Shown piece by piece: positions 37,996 through 47,437 of a stretch of DNA of 64,000 nt. The stretch is taken from the IMG/VR virus record IMGVR_UViG_3300005613_000004, one strand, 5' to 3'. This DNA is from a virus. The notes under the pieces are model-generated. The model made no database searches. It worked only from the letters and a program-made list of their open reading frames with translations, and was not told the origin of the DNA. The first letter of the stretch is position 1, and the number at the start of each line of letters is the position of its first letter. Made by a program: the position numbers and the translations under genes.

Positions 37996-38556
37996 ATGTC
38001 TCTTTGGGGCAATCTAGATTTAGTATATAATGATGGCGAAGTTCAAGTAAATCTTGAAACTTCTACTGAGCAAGTAACTGGAAGTGTTGGTGTTGTAACT
38101 TTTACCACTTCTGGAATTGGTACAGGTGACGTAATTACAGTCGGTACTGGTGCGACCTATGGTTATGCTTACATTACTGGATTTACATCAACAACTATCT
38201 CCATTGCAAACACTGCAGGATTTGTATCAGGACTCACAACTGTTCCATCAACATCATATTCTATTTCACAAGAACCAAGTTACATAGTTCTTGGTGATTC
38301 TGCATATAGAGCACCAGAATCTAAGACTGTTGGTTATTCTACAAATCCAGTATTTACTGGTGTTTTTGGTGTAGACAGCATCGAAACTGGTCTTGCTAGA
38401 ACAACATCATATGCAGTAGCACATCAAGGATGGGTTGGTGTTACAAGTTATATTGATATGCATGGTCTTCTCAGAGTTAAATCTGAGACATTTGTGGCTT
38501 CTGGAATTCTGACAACATCCGATGCCCCAGATGATTCACAATTCCCAGATACTTGA
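37996..38556 (+). CDS. Hypothetical protein, probably virion structural
   Basis: MSLWG...HQGWVG...RVKSETFVA; Thr/Gly-rich; late promoter. Confidence 0.7.
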   Translation: MSLWGNLDLVYNDGEVQVNLETSTEQVTGSVGVVTFTTSGIGTGDVITVGTGATYGYAYITGFTSTTISIANTAGFVSGLTTVPSTSYSISQEPSYIVLGDSAYRAPESKTVGYSTNPVFTGVFGVDSIETGLARTTSYAVAHQGWVGVTSYIDMHGLLRVKSETFVASGILTTSDAPDDSQFPDT

Positions 38557-38572
38557 TAATTGATAACATGAT

Positions 38573-38944
38573 ATGAGATTCGACGAGTTGAATGAGAGTA
38601 ATTATTTACTCTTTGCTATAAAATTCTATGATAATCCTCAAGCACTCACTAGAGATGATTTTGAGGATGATTTGAAAAGAATCAAATATATTAAGAGATT
38701 ATTGAAGCGATATAAAATTCATGGGGAACTTAAAACTCACCTTATATTGAATCATTTAACTGTTTTATTTAATGTATTTGGTGATGCAGCAGTTCCTCTC
38801 CTGTTTTATAATTTGGAAAAAGAACTTTGGTCATACATTAAAAGTTTTTTATTATTTTTAAATAGAATTCCTGAGTATCCCATGACGGCAATCAGTGAAT
38901 TGAAAGAAGATGAATATTGCTTAGAAAAATTAAGAGAAATCTAA
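38573..38944 (+). CDS. Conserved hypothetical protein
   Basis: FAIKFYDNP, FEDDLKRIKYIKRLL, LILNHL. Confidence 0.75.
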   Translation: MRFDELNESNYLLFAIKFYDNPQALTRDDFEDDLKRIKYIKRLLKRYKIHGELKTHLILNHLTVLFNVFGDAAVPLLFYNLEKELWSYIKSFLLFLNRIPEYPMTAISELKEDEYCLEKLREI

Positions 38945-39150
38945 TGAAATTAGATAAAATTATTAATCTAATACGAGAGATGAATGAGGACGTAGCAATT
39001 GCTGCTCCTACAAATAATGCAAGTAGTGGTGCAATTGCAGGATTACCTCCAGATCAACCTCCAGTAAACTTGAAGAGAAAGAAAGAAAGAAAATACATGA
39101 AGGGTCCTGGTAGAAAAGTTTGGATGGATTTCTTAAAAGGGAGGAAATGA
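38944..39150 (+). CDS. Hypothetical protein
   Basis: ATG 38944 coupled to upstream stop; PTNNASSGAIAGLPPDQPPV. Confidence 0.65.
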   Translation: MKLDKIINLIREMNEDVAIAAPTNNASSGAIAGLPPDQPPVNLKRKKERKYMKGPGRKVWMDFLKGRK

Positions 39151-39563
39151 TGTTCAATCAAAATTCTAAGGTTGCAGTTCTCGAATCTAAATTCAGTATT
39201 TATGAAGATCTGACTCGTGAGATGATGGCAAGGTTAGAAACTGCCGTGGATAAGATATCAGAAGGAAATCAAAGAATTGCTTCTATTCTTGCAAAGCATG
39301 ATGAAAGGATAGAGCAAAGTTTAAAAACAGATGATTTGATCATTAAAATGATTGATGAACTGAAAACATCTGAGGAAAAAAATAATAAAATTATTCATGA
39401 CAGAATTGATAGAATTCAAATAGATATCAAAGCGTTCTCAAAGTTTAGATGGCAAGTAGGAGGAGTTTTGATCGTATCAGCACTTATTATAAGTGCCGGT
39501 ACTAGAGTTTTTCCATTTTTCTTGACTCAGACACCTCAGCAGGTTATAATGAAGAACCAGTGA
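39147..39563 (+). CDS. Coiled-coil protein with C-terminal TM helix (possible holin-like)
   Basis: SD GGAGG; FRWQVGGVLIVSALII hydrophobic segment. Confidence 0.65.
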   Translation: MMFNQNSKVAVLESKFSIYEDLTREMMARLETAVDKISEGNQRIASILAKHDERIEQSLKTDDLIIKMIDELKTSEEKNNKIIHDRIDRIQIDIKAFSKFRWQVGGVLIVSALIISAGTRVFPFFLTQTPQQVIMKNQ

Positions 39564-39575
39564 TGATTTCACACA

Positions 39576-40547
39576 ATGGATTTGGTTGATTCCAAGTATA
39601 TTGGACTAGTATCTTCTCGCCTTCAGAAATTTAAGAGGGTAAAAGATAACTTATATAACTTCAGATGTCCCATTTGTGGAGACTCACAGAAAAATAAAAA
39701 CAAGACACGAGGATATATCTATCAGGTTAAAAATAATGCAAACTTTAAGTGCCATAACTGTGGTGCAAGTATGTCCCTTAATAATTTTCTTAAGCATATT
39801 GATATAACTCTTCATAAGCAGTATACTCTTGAAAAATTTAAAGAAGGTCATACTGGAAAAAACTTTGTAGTGGAAGAACCAAAGTTTGATTTTAAGAAAC
39901 CAGTGTTTAAGAAATCGATTAATTTACCAAAGGCATCGACTAATCATGTTGCATCGGAGTATCTTAAAAATCGCAAAGTAGATCCAGATAAGTTTTACTA
40001 TGCTGATAAGTTCATGGAGTGGACTAATAGCCAAAAACAAACATTTGATACTATTAGGATAGATGAACCAAGAATTATAATTCCTATGTATGATGAATCT
40101 AAAAATTTTATAGGATTTCAGGGAAGAGCACTGGGAAAGTCATTCACTAAATATATCACTGTGATGCTGAATGATGAAGCACCAAAGATTTATGGACTGG
40201 ATTCAATCAATAAAGCACTACCAATCTATGTGGTCGAAGGACCCTTCGACAGCACTTTTGTTGGGAATAGTGTGGCTTTGTGTGGCAGTGACGGTGACGT
40301 ACGTTGTCTTGAAGGAAGCGATATTATTTTTGTTTATGATAATGAGCCCCGCAATCGAGAAATTGTCAATAGAATTGGGAAGTGTATTGAGAAAGGTCAG
40401 AGTGTCGTCATCTGGCCAAACAGAATTATAGAAAAAGATATCAACGATATGGTTCTTGCTGGACATAACGTTATGGATGTGTTAAAATCAAACACTTACA
40501 CCGGATTACAAGCAAAGATTAAATTCAATAATTGGAAAAAGATATGA
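39576..40547 (+). CDS. g61: DNA primase
   Basis: CPICGDS...CHNC zinc finger, VEGPFDS TOPRIM, YDNEPRN. Confidence 0.95.
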   Translation: MDLVDSKYIGLVSSRLQKFKRVKDNLYNFRCPICGDSQKNKNKTRGYIYQVKNNANFKCHNCGASMSLNNFLKHIDITLHKQYTLEKFKEGHTGKNFVVEEPKFDFKKPVFKKSINLPKASTNHVASEYLKNRKVDPDKFYYADKFMEWTNSQKQTFDTIRIDEPRIIIPMYDESKNFIGFQGRALGKSFTKYITVMLNDEAPKIYGLDSINKALPIYVVEGPFDSTFVGNSVALCGSDGDVRCLEGSDIIFVYDNEPRNREIVNRIGKCIEKGQSVVIWPNRIIEKDINDMVLAGHNVMDVLKSNTYTGLQAKIKFNNWKKI

Positions 40548-42841
40548 GTAACGGAACAAAAGTCATTAAGAGAAATGGAAATGATGAACTGCTTGATTTA
40601 AATAAATTGCATGTAATGGTAGAAGAAGCATGTAAAGATCTATCTGGTGTTTCTGCATCACAAGTTGAAATGCAATCTGGTATTCAATTCTATGACGGTA
40701 TTACCACAGCAGAGATTCAGGAGATTTTAATTCGTTCTGCATCAGATTTGATTGATTTAGACCATCCAAACTATCAATACGTTGCTGCAAGGTTACTTTT
40801 ATTTGCTCTTCGCAAAAAACTTTATGGACGTATGCATGAAAATCCAAAAGTAAAAACTCATGTTCAAAATTGTGTTGATATGGGTGTATATGACTCAGAA
40901 ATTCTGAACATGTATACTGACGAAGAATTTGAAAAACTGGATTCATACATTGATCATAGTCGTGATTACTTATTCACCTATGCAGGATTACGTCAAGTTT
41001 GTGATAAATATCTTGTTCAGGATAGGAGCATCGGAAAGATATATGAAACTCCCCAGTTCATGTATTTGTTGATTGCAGCAACCATTTTTTCTAGGTATCC
41101 TAAAGAAACACGTCTCGATTACGTAAAAAAGTATTATGACGCAATCTCAAAACACAAAATCAACATTCCCACACCTATCATGGCAGGGGTTAGAACTCCA
41201 CTTCGACAATATGCTAGCTGTGTTCTTGTTGATGTTGATGACTCCCTCGATAGCATCTTTAGTTCTGATATGGCTATCGGCAGATATGTTGCACAAAGGG
41301 CGGGAATCGGTATCAATGCAGGTAGAATCCGCGGCATCAACAGTAAGATCAGAGGTGGAGAAGTTCAGCATACAGGCGTTATTCCGTTTCTCAAAAAGTT
41401 TGAGTCAACTGTCAGATGTTGCACTCAAAACGGCATACGAGGTGGAAGCGCAACAGTACACTTCCCAATCTGGCACCAAGAAATAGAAGATATTTTAGTT
41501 CTTAAAAATAATAAAGGAACAGAAGATAATAGAGTACGTAAACTAGATTACTCCATTCAAATGAGTAAATTGTTTTATGAACGATTCATCAACAATGAAC
41601 ATATTACACTCTTCAGTCCACATGACGTTCCTGGTCTGTATGATGCTTTTGGTACTGATGGATTTGATGATTTATACAGAGCTTATGAGGGTGATCCAGA
41701 TATTCCTCAAAAGGCAATTGGTGCTCAAGAACTTATAATGAGTCTCTTGAAAGAAAGAGCAGAGACTGGTAGAATCTATATTATGAATATTGATCACTGC
41801 AATTCTCACTCATCCTTTATGGATAAGATTGAGATGAGCAACCTTTGTCAAGAGATCACTCTACCCACCAAACCTTTACAACATATTGATAGTACTGATG
41901 GTGAAATTGCTCTTTGTATTCTTAGTGCTATCAATATTGGTAAAATTAAAGATCTTGAAGATCTTCAGATTCTTTGCGATCTTGCTGTTAGGGGTCTTGA
42001 TGAACTCATTGATTTTCAGCAATATCCCATCAAGGCAGCAGAAATTGCCACAAAAGCACGTAGATCCCTCGGAATCGGTTATATTGGACTCGCACATTAT
42101 CTTGCAAAGAATGGACTCTCCTACGACGATCCTGGAGCATGGAAATCGATTCATGACTTGACCGAAGCATTTCAATATTATTTGATCAAATCGACTGTCA
42201 ATCTTGCAAGAGAAAAAGGTGCTTGTGAATACAGTGATCGTACTAAGTATAGTCGGGGAATTCTTCCGATTGATACATATAAGAAGGATGTGGATGAAAT
42301 TGTGCCAAATGTTCTTCACTGTAATTGGGAGAAACTTAGAGCACAAGCTAAGCAGTATGGAGTTAGAAATTCAACATTGTCAGCACAAATGCCTTCGGAG
42401 AGTAGCTCCGTTGTATCAAATGCAACTAATGGAATTGAACCTCCTAGAGGATTCCTTTCGATTAAAAAATCGAAACAAGGACCTCTTAAGCAAATTGTTC
42501 CGCAGTATAATTCACTAAAGAACAATTATACTTTATTGTGGGATATGCCCTCTAATAGGGGATACATCAATATTGTTGCAGTAATGCAAAAATTCTTTGA
42601 TCAGGCAATATCTGGAAATTGGAGTTATAATCCAAAACATTATTCAAACAATGAGATTCCTGTGTCTATAATGGCACAAGATCTTTTAACTACATATAAG
42701 TATGGTTGGAAAACCAGTTATTATCAAAATACATATGACATTAAGACTGATGAAGTAGAAGAACCTACCGAATCACTTGATACATTAATTAATCAATTAG
42801 AAGTAGCAGAGGAGGAAGATTGTGAGTCTTGTAAGATTTAA
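40544..42841 (+). CDS. nrdA: Ribonucleotide reductase class Ia alpha subunit
   Basis: ATP cone, SCVL, SNLCQEI, C-terminal CESCKI. Confidence 0.97.
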   Translation: MSNGTKVIKRNGNDELLDLNKLHVMVEEACKDLSGVSASQVEMQSGIQFYDGITTAEIQEILIRSASDLIDLDHPNYQYVAARLLLFALRKKLYGRMHENPKVKTHVQNCVDMGVYDSEILNMYTDEEFEKLDSYIDHSRDYLFTYAGLRQVCDKYLVQDRSIGKIYETPQFMYLLIAATIFSRYPKETRLDYVKKYYDAISKHKINIPTPIMAGVRTPLRQYASCVLVDVDDSLDSIFSSDMAIGRYVAQRAGIGINAGRIRGINSKIRGGEVQHTGVIPFLKKFESTVRCCTQNGIRGGSATVHFPIWHQEIEDILVLKNNKGTEDNRVRKLDYSIQMSKLFYERFINNEHITLFSPHDVPGLYDAFGTDGFDDLYRAYEGDPDIPQKAIGAQELIMSLLKERAETGRIYIMNIDHCNSHSSFMDKIEMSNLCQEITLPTKPLQHIDSTDGEIALCILSAINIGKIKDLEDLQILCDLAVRGLDELIDFQQYPIKAAEIATKARRSLGIGYIGLAHYLAKNGLSYDDPGAWKSIHDLTEAFQYYLIKSTVNLAREKGACEYSDRTKYSRGILPIDTYKKDVDEIVPNVLHCNWEKLRAQAKQYGVRNSTLSAQMPSESSSVVSNATNGIEPPRGFLSIKKSKQGPLKQIVPQYNSLKNNYTLLWDMPSNRGYINIVAVMQKFFDQAISGNWSYNPKHYSNNEIPVSIMAQDLLTTYKYGWKTSYYQNTYDIKTDEVEEPTESLDTLINQLEVAEEEDCESCKI

Positions 42842-44006
42842 GACAAACAAGGAGGATCGTCCAATGGTCAAGTCTATGACCGTTTTTAATTCTCAAGATG
42901 TAAACACTAAAAAACAACCAATGTTTCTAGGTAAACCTCTTGGAATACAGAGATACGACTCTTACAAGTATCCTATTTTTGAAAAACTAACCACTCAGCA
43001 ACTTGGATATTTTTGGAGACCAGAAGAGGTCTCTCTTCAGAAAGATCGTGGTGATTATCAATCACTTAGACCAGAACAGAAACATATTTTTACTAGTAAT
43101 CTGAAGTATCAGGTTATGTTGGATTCTGTTCAAGGAAGAGGTCCTGGTATGGCATTTGCTCCATATTGTTCTCTTCCAGAATTGGAAGCATGTATGAAAG
43201 TATGGGAATTTATGGAGATGATCCATTCACGTTCTTATACTTATATTATTAAAAATGTTTATTCTAATCCTTCAGACGTTTTTGATACTATTCTCAAAGA
43301 GGATCGTATTATGGAACGTGCTGTAAGTGTTACAGAAGCTTATGATGATTTTATCAATGCAGCACATCATTATGACAGTACTAATGATTGGATTCATGCG
43401 ATAGAAAAAGTCCCTTACGCATTGGAATCGAATTATGAACTCAAACGTAAACTCTATAGAGCAGTTGCAAACGTTAATATTCTTGAAGGTATTCGCTTTT
43501 ACGTGTCTTTTGCATGTAGTTTTGCTTTTGGCGAACTCAAGCTTATGGAAGGAAGTGCAAAAATTATCTCACTCATCGCAAGAGATGAAAATCAACATCT
43601 AGTAATTACTCAAAATATTTTGAAAAATTGGATGAATGGTGATGATCCGGATATGAAGAAAATTGCTAAGGAAGAAGAACCTTGGTTAATTGGTGCATTT
43701 GAAAATACTGTTAATCAAGAAAAACTATGGGCAGAATATCTGTTCAAAGATGGTTCTATGATTGGATTAAATGATAAATTACTATATCAATATGTTGAGT
43801 GGATTGCAAATCGTAGAATGAAAGCAATAGGATTAAGGACAATCTATGACATTCCCGCAAAGAATAATCCACTTCCCTGGACGGAACATTGGATTTCGTC
43901 GAAGGGTCTCCAAGTGGCTCCACAAGAAACAGAAGTTGAATCCTACATTGTCGGAGGAATCAAACAAGACGTTACCAAAGACACCTTTGCAGGTTTCTCT
44001 TTGTAG
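42822..44006 (+). CDS. nrdB: Ribonucleotide reductase beta subunit
   Basis: FWRPEEV, EMIHSRSY, DENQH, APQETEVESY. Confidence 0.97.
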   Translation: MSLVRFKTNKEDRPMVKSMTVFNSQDVNTKKQPMFLGKPLGIQRYDSYKYPIFEKLTTQQLGYFWRPEEVSLQKDRGDYQSLRPEQKHIFTSNLKYQVMLDSVQGRGPGMAFAPYCSLPELEACMKVWEFMEMIHSRSYTYIIKNVYSNPSDVFDTILKEDRIMERAVSVTEAYDDFINAAHHYDSTNDWIHAIEKVPYALESNYELKRKLYRAVANVNILEGIRFYVSFACSFAFGELKLMEGSAKIISLIARDENQHLVITQNILKNWMNGDDPDMKKIAKEEEPWLIGAFENTVNQEKLWAEYLFKDGSMIGLNDKLLYQYVEWIANRRMKAIGLRTIYDIPAKNNPLPWTEHWISSKGLQVAPQETEVESYIVGGIKQDVTKDTFAGFSL

Positions 44007-44121
44007 AGGAAACTGTAATTGTAGATGTGTAAAACCTGAAGATGCTCTAGAAGCATATAAAGAAGCAGCAAAATCTGATGATTTTCTGTTTGATAACTAT
44101 GATGGATATGGAGCATATGAG

Positions 44122-44154
44122 GAGGGTCATTGAGACCCTCTTTTTTTATAAATA
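44122..44154 (+). terminator. Terminator after nrdB abutting a late promoter
   Basis: GAGGGTC-ATTGA-GACCCTC-T7; TATAAATA at 44147. Confidence 0.8.
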
Positions 44155-44183
44155 TTTTTATAAAGGGCAATTAAGAAATTAAG

Positions 44184-46073
44184 ATGAAATCTTTATCGCA
44201 ATCGGAATATGGAAAACTGAGAATTCTCTATGAGAATGTATATGCTTCTGAGTTTGAAAGTATCTTAGACGAATTCACCGATGAAGATCTTGATGATCTT
44301 ACGGATGAGTATATTGAAGAACAAGTAACAGAGTTTTTCCAAGAGTGTTTGGACGAAGGTCTTGATATTGAGGTTGTTGAACAAACAATTTGCGAGTCAA
44401 TTGATTCTTCATTAGATCTTTTGACAGAAAGAGTTGACCCAAAAGAAACTCAACGTAGAAGAACTCAGGCAAAAGATAGACTTGAAACTAGTAGAGCAAT
44501 GAGATCTGCTGCTTCCAAACCAAAATCTTCTGCACCAGAGCGTGATGCAGGGGCAGTGGCAAGAGCAAGATTGACTTCCAAGTCTTCAGATAAAAAAGCA
44601 AATAGACTTGCTCAAGTCAAAAGTGCGGTCAAGAAAGTAGGAAAGGCAGTACAAGGTGGTGTAGGACTTGCTGCAAGGGCAGTGAGTACGGCACAGAGAG
44701 CAGGTAGTGCAGTTAAGAGTGCTGCTAAGAAAGGATATGAGAGAGGTAAGAAAGGTTCTGGTAGTGAGTCTTCTACAGATTCTTCAACTCCTTCATCATC
44801 CTCTTCGAGTGGTGAGTCTTCTACATATTCTTCAACTCCTTCATCATCATCATCTTCTTCGGGTACATCAGCAGCACCTAAGAAGAGAAAGGATGGTCTT
44901 TTGAAGAGAGGACTGAAGAAACTTGTTAGAGGCGTTGGTAAGGCAGCATCTGTTGGTGCGGGTGCTGTCAAGGCAGGTGCCGATTATGTAACCGATAGAG
45001 CAAGGAAAGAGCAAATGAACTACAACGACATTGCAACAATTCAAGAACTTTACAATCAAATGTATGCACCTCAAGATGTTGAGGAAGTCTACAAAGGCAA
45101 GCATGGTCAGTCTGACAAAGAATATGCCGACTCCCGATCTCAGGGTGGTAAGATGGTCTCTGGAACTTCTAAGATGAGTGGTGCTGAATACACTCATGGT
45201 CGCAGAGTCAAGGCAGCAAACCCTGGTATGCAACCTGATGTAGGTGGTAAGACCAAGCCCAAGTCACAGGGTAAGATGGATCGTGGCACTCGTGCAGATC
45301 TGGAGTATCGTAAAGCAAACCTCAAGAAAGAAGAACTAGAAGCAACCGGATTGTTCTCTGAAATGGAGATCGAAGCAATCATGGAAGCAGAAATGATTGA
45401 TGAGAATCGTCGTGCTGCTCGTGCCGCTGGTGGTTATAAGGATGACAGTAAGAAGCAAACTGATCCTTCGAAGGATGGTTTCACTGGCATCTCTGGTTCA
45501 ATCAAAGACATCATGCGTCAGAATAAAGAGATCGAAGCTAGAAACAAGAAGGCCGCCAAGAAAGAAGACTTCGGTTATGGTTATGTGGATGAAGAACTTA
45601 CTGGTGAAAGATTAAAAAGAGCAGAAACAAAGATTAAATCTTTGGGAAGAAAAAAATCTACTCTTTCTTCAAGAGAAGAATTAAATAGGGTCATTAATTC
45701 AAAAGAAGGAACTGGGACCGAGGGTGGTAGAAAAGCACCAAGTAAAAGAGGTGGTGGTGGAACTAAAGGATACGGAAAAGTATCTGGAAGTGGCGGAGAT
45801 GATATGGATAGGGGTTCTGGAAACAAAGCAGCAAGAAGGGCAGGTAAGAAGGAAGAAGTTGAGGTTGAGGTTGATGAAGCAATGTCCTCTTATGATCGTA
45901 ATCGTAAGAGAGCAGCAGAAAGAGCAGCAGCAAGAAATGCTGCCAGAGATGCTGGTAAGACTGGTGTAGTTCCTGGAGTCGGTTATGTAACTCCAAGAAG
46001 GGAGAGAGAAACTTATGTTGATTCTGCAGGCATAACCCGTCATAAGTCGGGTGCTAAGATGCCCAAAGACTGA
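44184..46073 (+). CDS. Hypothetical modular basic/acidic protein (probable head-internal polyprotein)
   Basis: Acidic N-terminus, then K/R/G-rich modules separated by xxDE/xxEE linkers; late promoter. Confidence 0.75.
   Translation: MKSLSQSEYGKLRILYENVYASEFESILDEFTDEDLDDLTDEYIEEQVTEFFQECLDEGLDIEVVEQTICESIDSSLDLLTERVDPKETQRRRTQAKDRLETSRAMRSAASKPKSSAPERDAGAVARARLTSKSSDKKANRLAQVKSAVKKVGKAVQGGVGLAARAVSTAQRAGSAVKSAAKKGYERGKKGSGSESSTDSSTPSSSSSSGESSTYSSTPSSSSSSSGTSAAPKKRKDGLLKRGLKKLVRGVGKAASVGAGAVKAGADYVTDRARKEQMNYNDIATIQELYNQMYAPQDVEEVYKGKHGQSDKEYADSRSQGGKMVSGTSKMSGAEYTHGRRVKAANPGMQPDVGGKTKPKSQGKMDRGTRADLEYRKANLKKEELEATGLFSEMEIEAIMEAEMIDENRRAARAAGGYKDDSKKQTDPSKDGFTGISGSIKDIMRQNKEIEARNKKAAKKEDFGYGYVDEELTGERLKRAETKIKSLGRKKSTLSSREELNRVINSKEGTGTEGGRKAPSKRGGGGTKGYGKVSGSGGDDMDRGSGNKAARRAGKKEEVEVEVDEAMSSYDRNRKRAAERAAARNAARDAGKTGVVPGVGYVTPRRERETYVDSAGITRHKSGAKMPKD
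44764..44859 (+). repeat. Two-copy 48-bp tandem repeat encoding a Ser-rich linker
   Basis: GTGAGTCTTCTACA(G/T)ATTCTTCAACTCCTTCATCATC at 44764 and 44812. Confidence 0.8.
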
Positions 46074-46095
46074 TACAAAACTTAAATAATACTCA

Positions 46096-46132
46096 GGGGG
46101 GCTTGACAAGTCCCCTTTTTTATTGCTAGACT
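46096..46132 (+). promoter_or_regulatory. Terminator hairpin containing TTGACA, with downstream extended -10
   Basis: GGGGGGCTT-GAC-AAGTCCCC-T tract; TTGACA 46103, TGcTAGACT 46124-46132. Confidence 0.65.
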
Positions 46133-46180
46133 AGGTTTGTCTCGGTTAAAGATAAATAGTAGCTCATTAATTTATATAAG

Positions 46181-46630
46181 ATGAGTTATGAGAACCCATG
46201 GAGATATGATGATAAAGTTTTTGATTCCGATTCTATTTTGGATAACTTTGGGTTTGTTTACTGTATTACCAATATATCCACCAAACGCAAATATATTGGA
46301 AGAAAATACTTTTGGTCATTTAGAACACCAAAAGGAAAGAAGAGAAAAGTAAAACAAGAATCAGATTGGAAATCATATTATGGTTCTTGTCCTGAGTTAA
46401 AAGAAGATATAAAAAAGTATGGTAAAGAGACCTTCAGTAGAGAAATATTAAGCCTTCATGAAACTAGAGGTCTTTGTAATTATGAAGAGACTAAGCAGTT
46501 GTTTTTTCATAATGTTTTGAGTGAGGCCCTTGACAATGGGATGCCTGCATACTATAATAGCAATATTCTCGGACGCTACATGCGTAAAGATTATGGTAAC
46601 TTTGGAAGACACCCTATCAGCGACTCATGA
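46181..46630 (+). CDS. GIY-YIG family endonuclease
   Basis: GFVYCITN...KYIGRK, YYGS, NYEE, YYNSNI. Confidence 0.8.
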   Translation: MSYENPWRYDDKVFDSDSILDNFGFVYCITNISTKRKYIGRKYFWSFRTPKGKKRKVKQESDWKSYYGSCPELKEDIKKYGKETFSREILSLHETRGLCNYEETKQLFFHNVLSEALDNGMPAYYNSNILGRYMRKDYGNFGRHPISDS

Positions 46631-46790
46631 GTGGGCAGTTGATAGAATGCACATTCTTTGTGAAATGAAGACTGATGATGTGTTAGACTCAATTGAGAAT
46701 GCTCATGCAATTCAATCTGAGTTTTCCGAATGGTTAGACCCTAACATTGAGGATCATGAAATTTATTCTTTAGAGTACCTCGGAGAATAA
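46593..46790 (+). CDS. Hypothetical protein
   Basis: MVTLEDTLSATHEWAVDR...EFSEWLDP. Confidence 0.6.
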   Translation: MVTLEDTLSATHEWAVDRMHILCEMKTDDVLDSIENAHAIQSEFSEWLDPNIEDHEIYSLEYLGE

Positions 46791-46828
46791 AAATTTTCTA
46801 TATACGTATGTTGTTTTTATTATTTTAA

Positions 46829-47431
46829 ATGACCAAAATTATTTTTGTATCACTTTGTTTGACAGCATCTGCAGCATGTGCTTATCCTGCACTTAATGAG
46901 ATAAATAAACCTCTTGAAGTTGATGTTTCTGTAAATGAAGAGAATGCAATTAAATTAGAAGTTATTCAAAAAAAGTGGACATGTCCATCATGTAATGATA
47001 ATGAAAAATATGTTCTATCAAAACTTCAAGAACATACTAAGATCTCTGATCGGAATGCCCTTGCTACGATTCTGGGAAACATTAAATCGGAAAGCAACTT
47101 TCATCCCAACATTTGCGAGGGAGGGGCTAGAGTTCCTTACAATCGTTGCTATAGTGGAGGTTATGGTCTTATTCAATGGACAACTATAGGACGATATAAT
47201 GGTCTTGGTAAGTTTTGTTCTAAATATGGTTGCGATCCAAGCAGTTTAGAAGGTCAAACTCGATGGATGATTAATGAACCTATCTTCCAGAAGTATCTTC
47301 CTATGTTTGAAGGACCTGGACAAACCGTTAGACAATACATGGTCCCGGCATACTACTGGTTGGGGTGGGGCATCAAAGGTAATCGTGAGTTATATGCTTA
47401 TGATTACACTAAAAAAATGGTATTTGCATAA
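46829..47431 (+). CDS. Lysozyme-fold peptidoglycan hydrolase-like protein with signal peptide
   Basis: ATILGNIKSESNF (catalytic Glu), GYGLIQWT. Confidence 0.75.
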   Translation: MTKIIFVSLCLTASAACAYPALNEINKPLEVDVSVNEENAIKLEVIQKKWTCPSCNDNEKYVLSKLQEHTKISDRNALATILGNIKSESNFHPNICEGGARVPYNRCYSGGYGLIQWTTIGRYNGLGKFCSKYGCDPSSLEGQTRWMINEPIFQKYLPMFEGPGQTVRQYMVPAYYWLGWGIKGNRELYAYDYTKKMVFA

Positions 47432-47437
47432 TTACAC

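Noticed and set aside
27501-44006. Possible introns or inteins in g43, g41, nrdA, nrdB
   Set aside because: All ORFs are continuous and of normal length with no insertion-sized segments
8138-44147. Shared GAGGGTC/GACCCTC stems at 8138, 18101 and 44122 as a mobile repeat family
   Set aside because: Each is an ordinary intrinsic terminator with a U-tract; no transposase or target duplication
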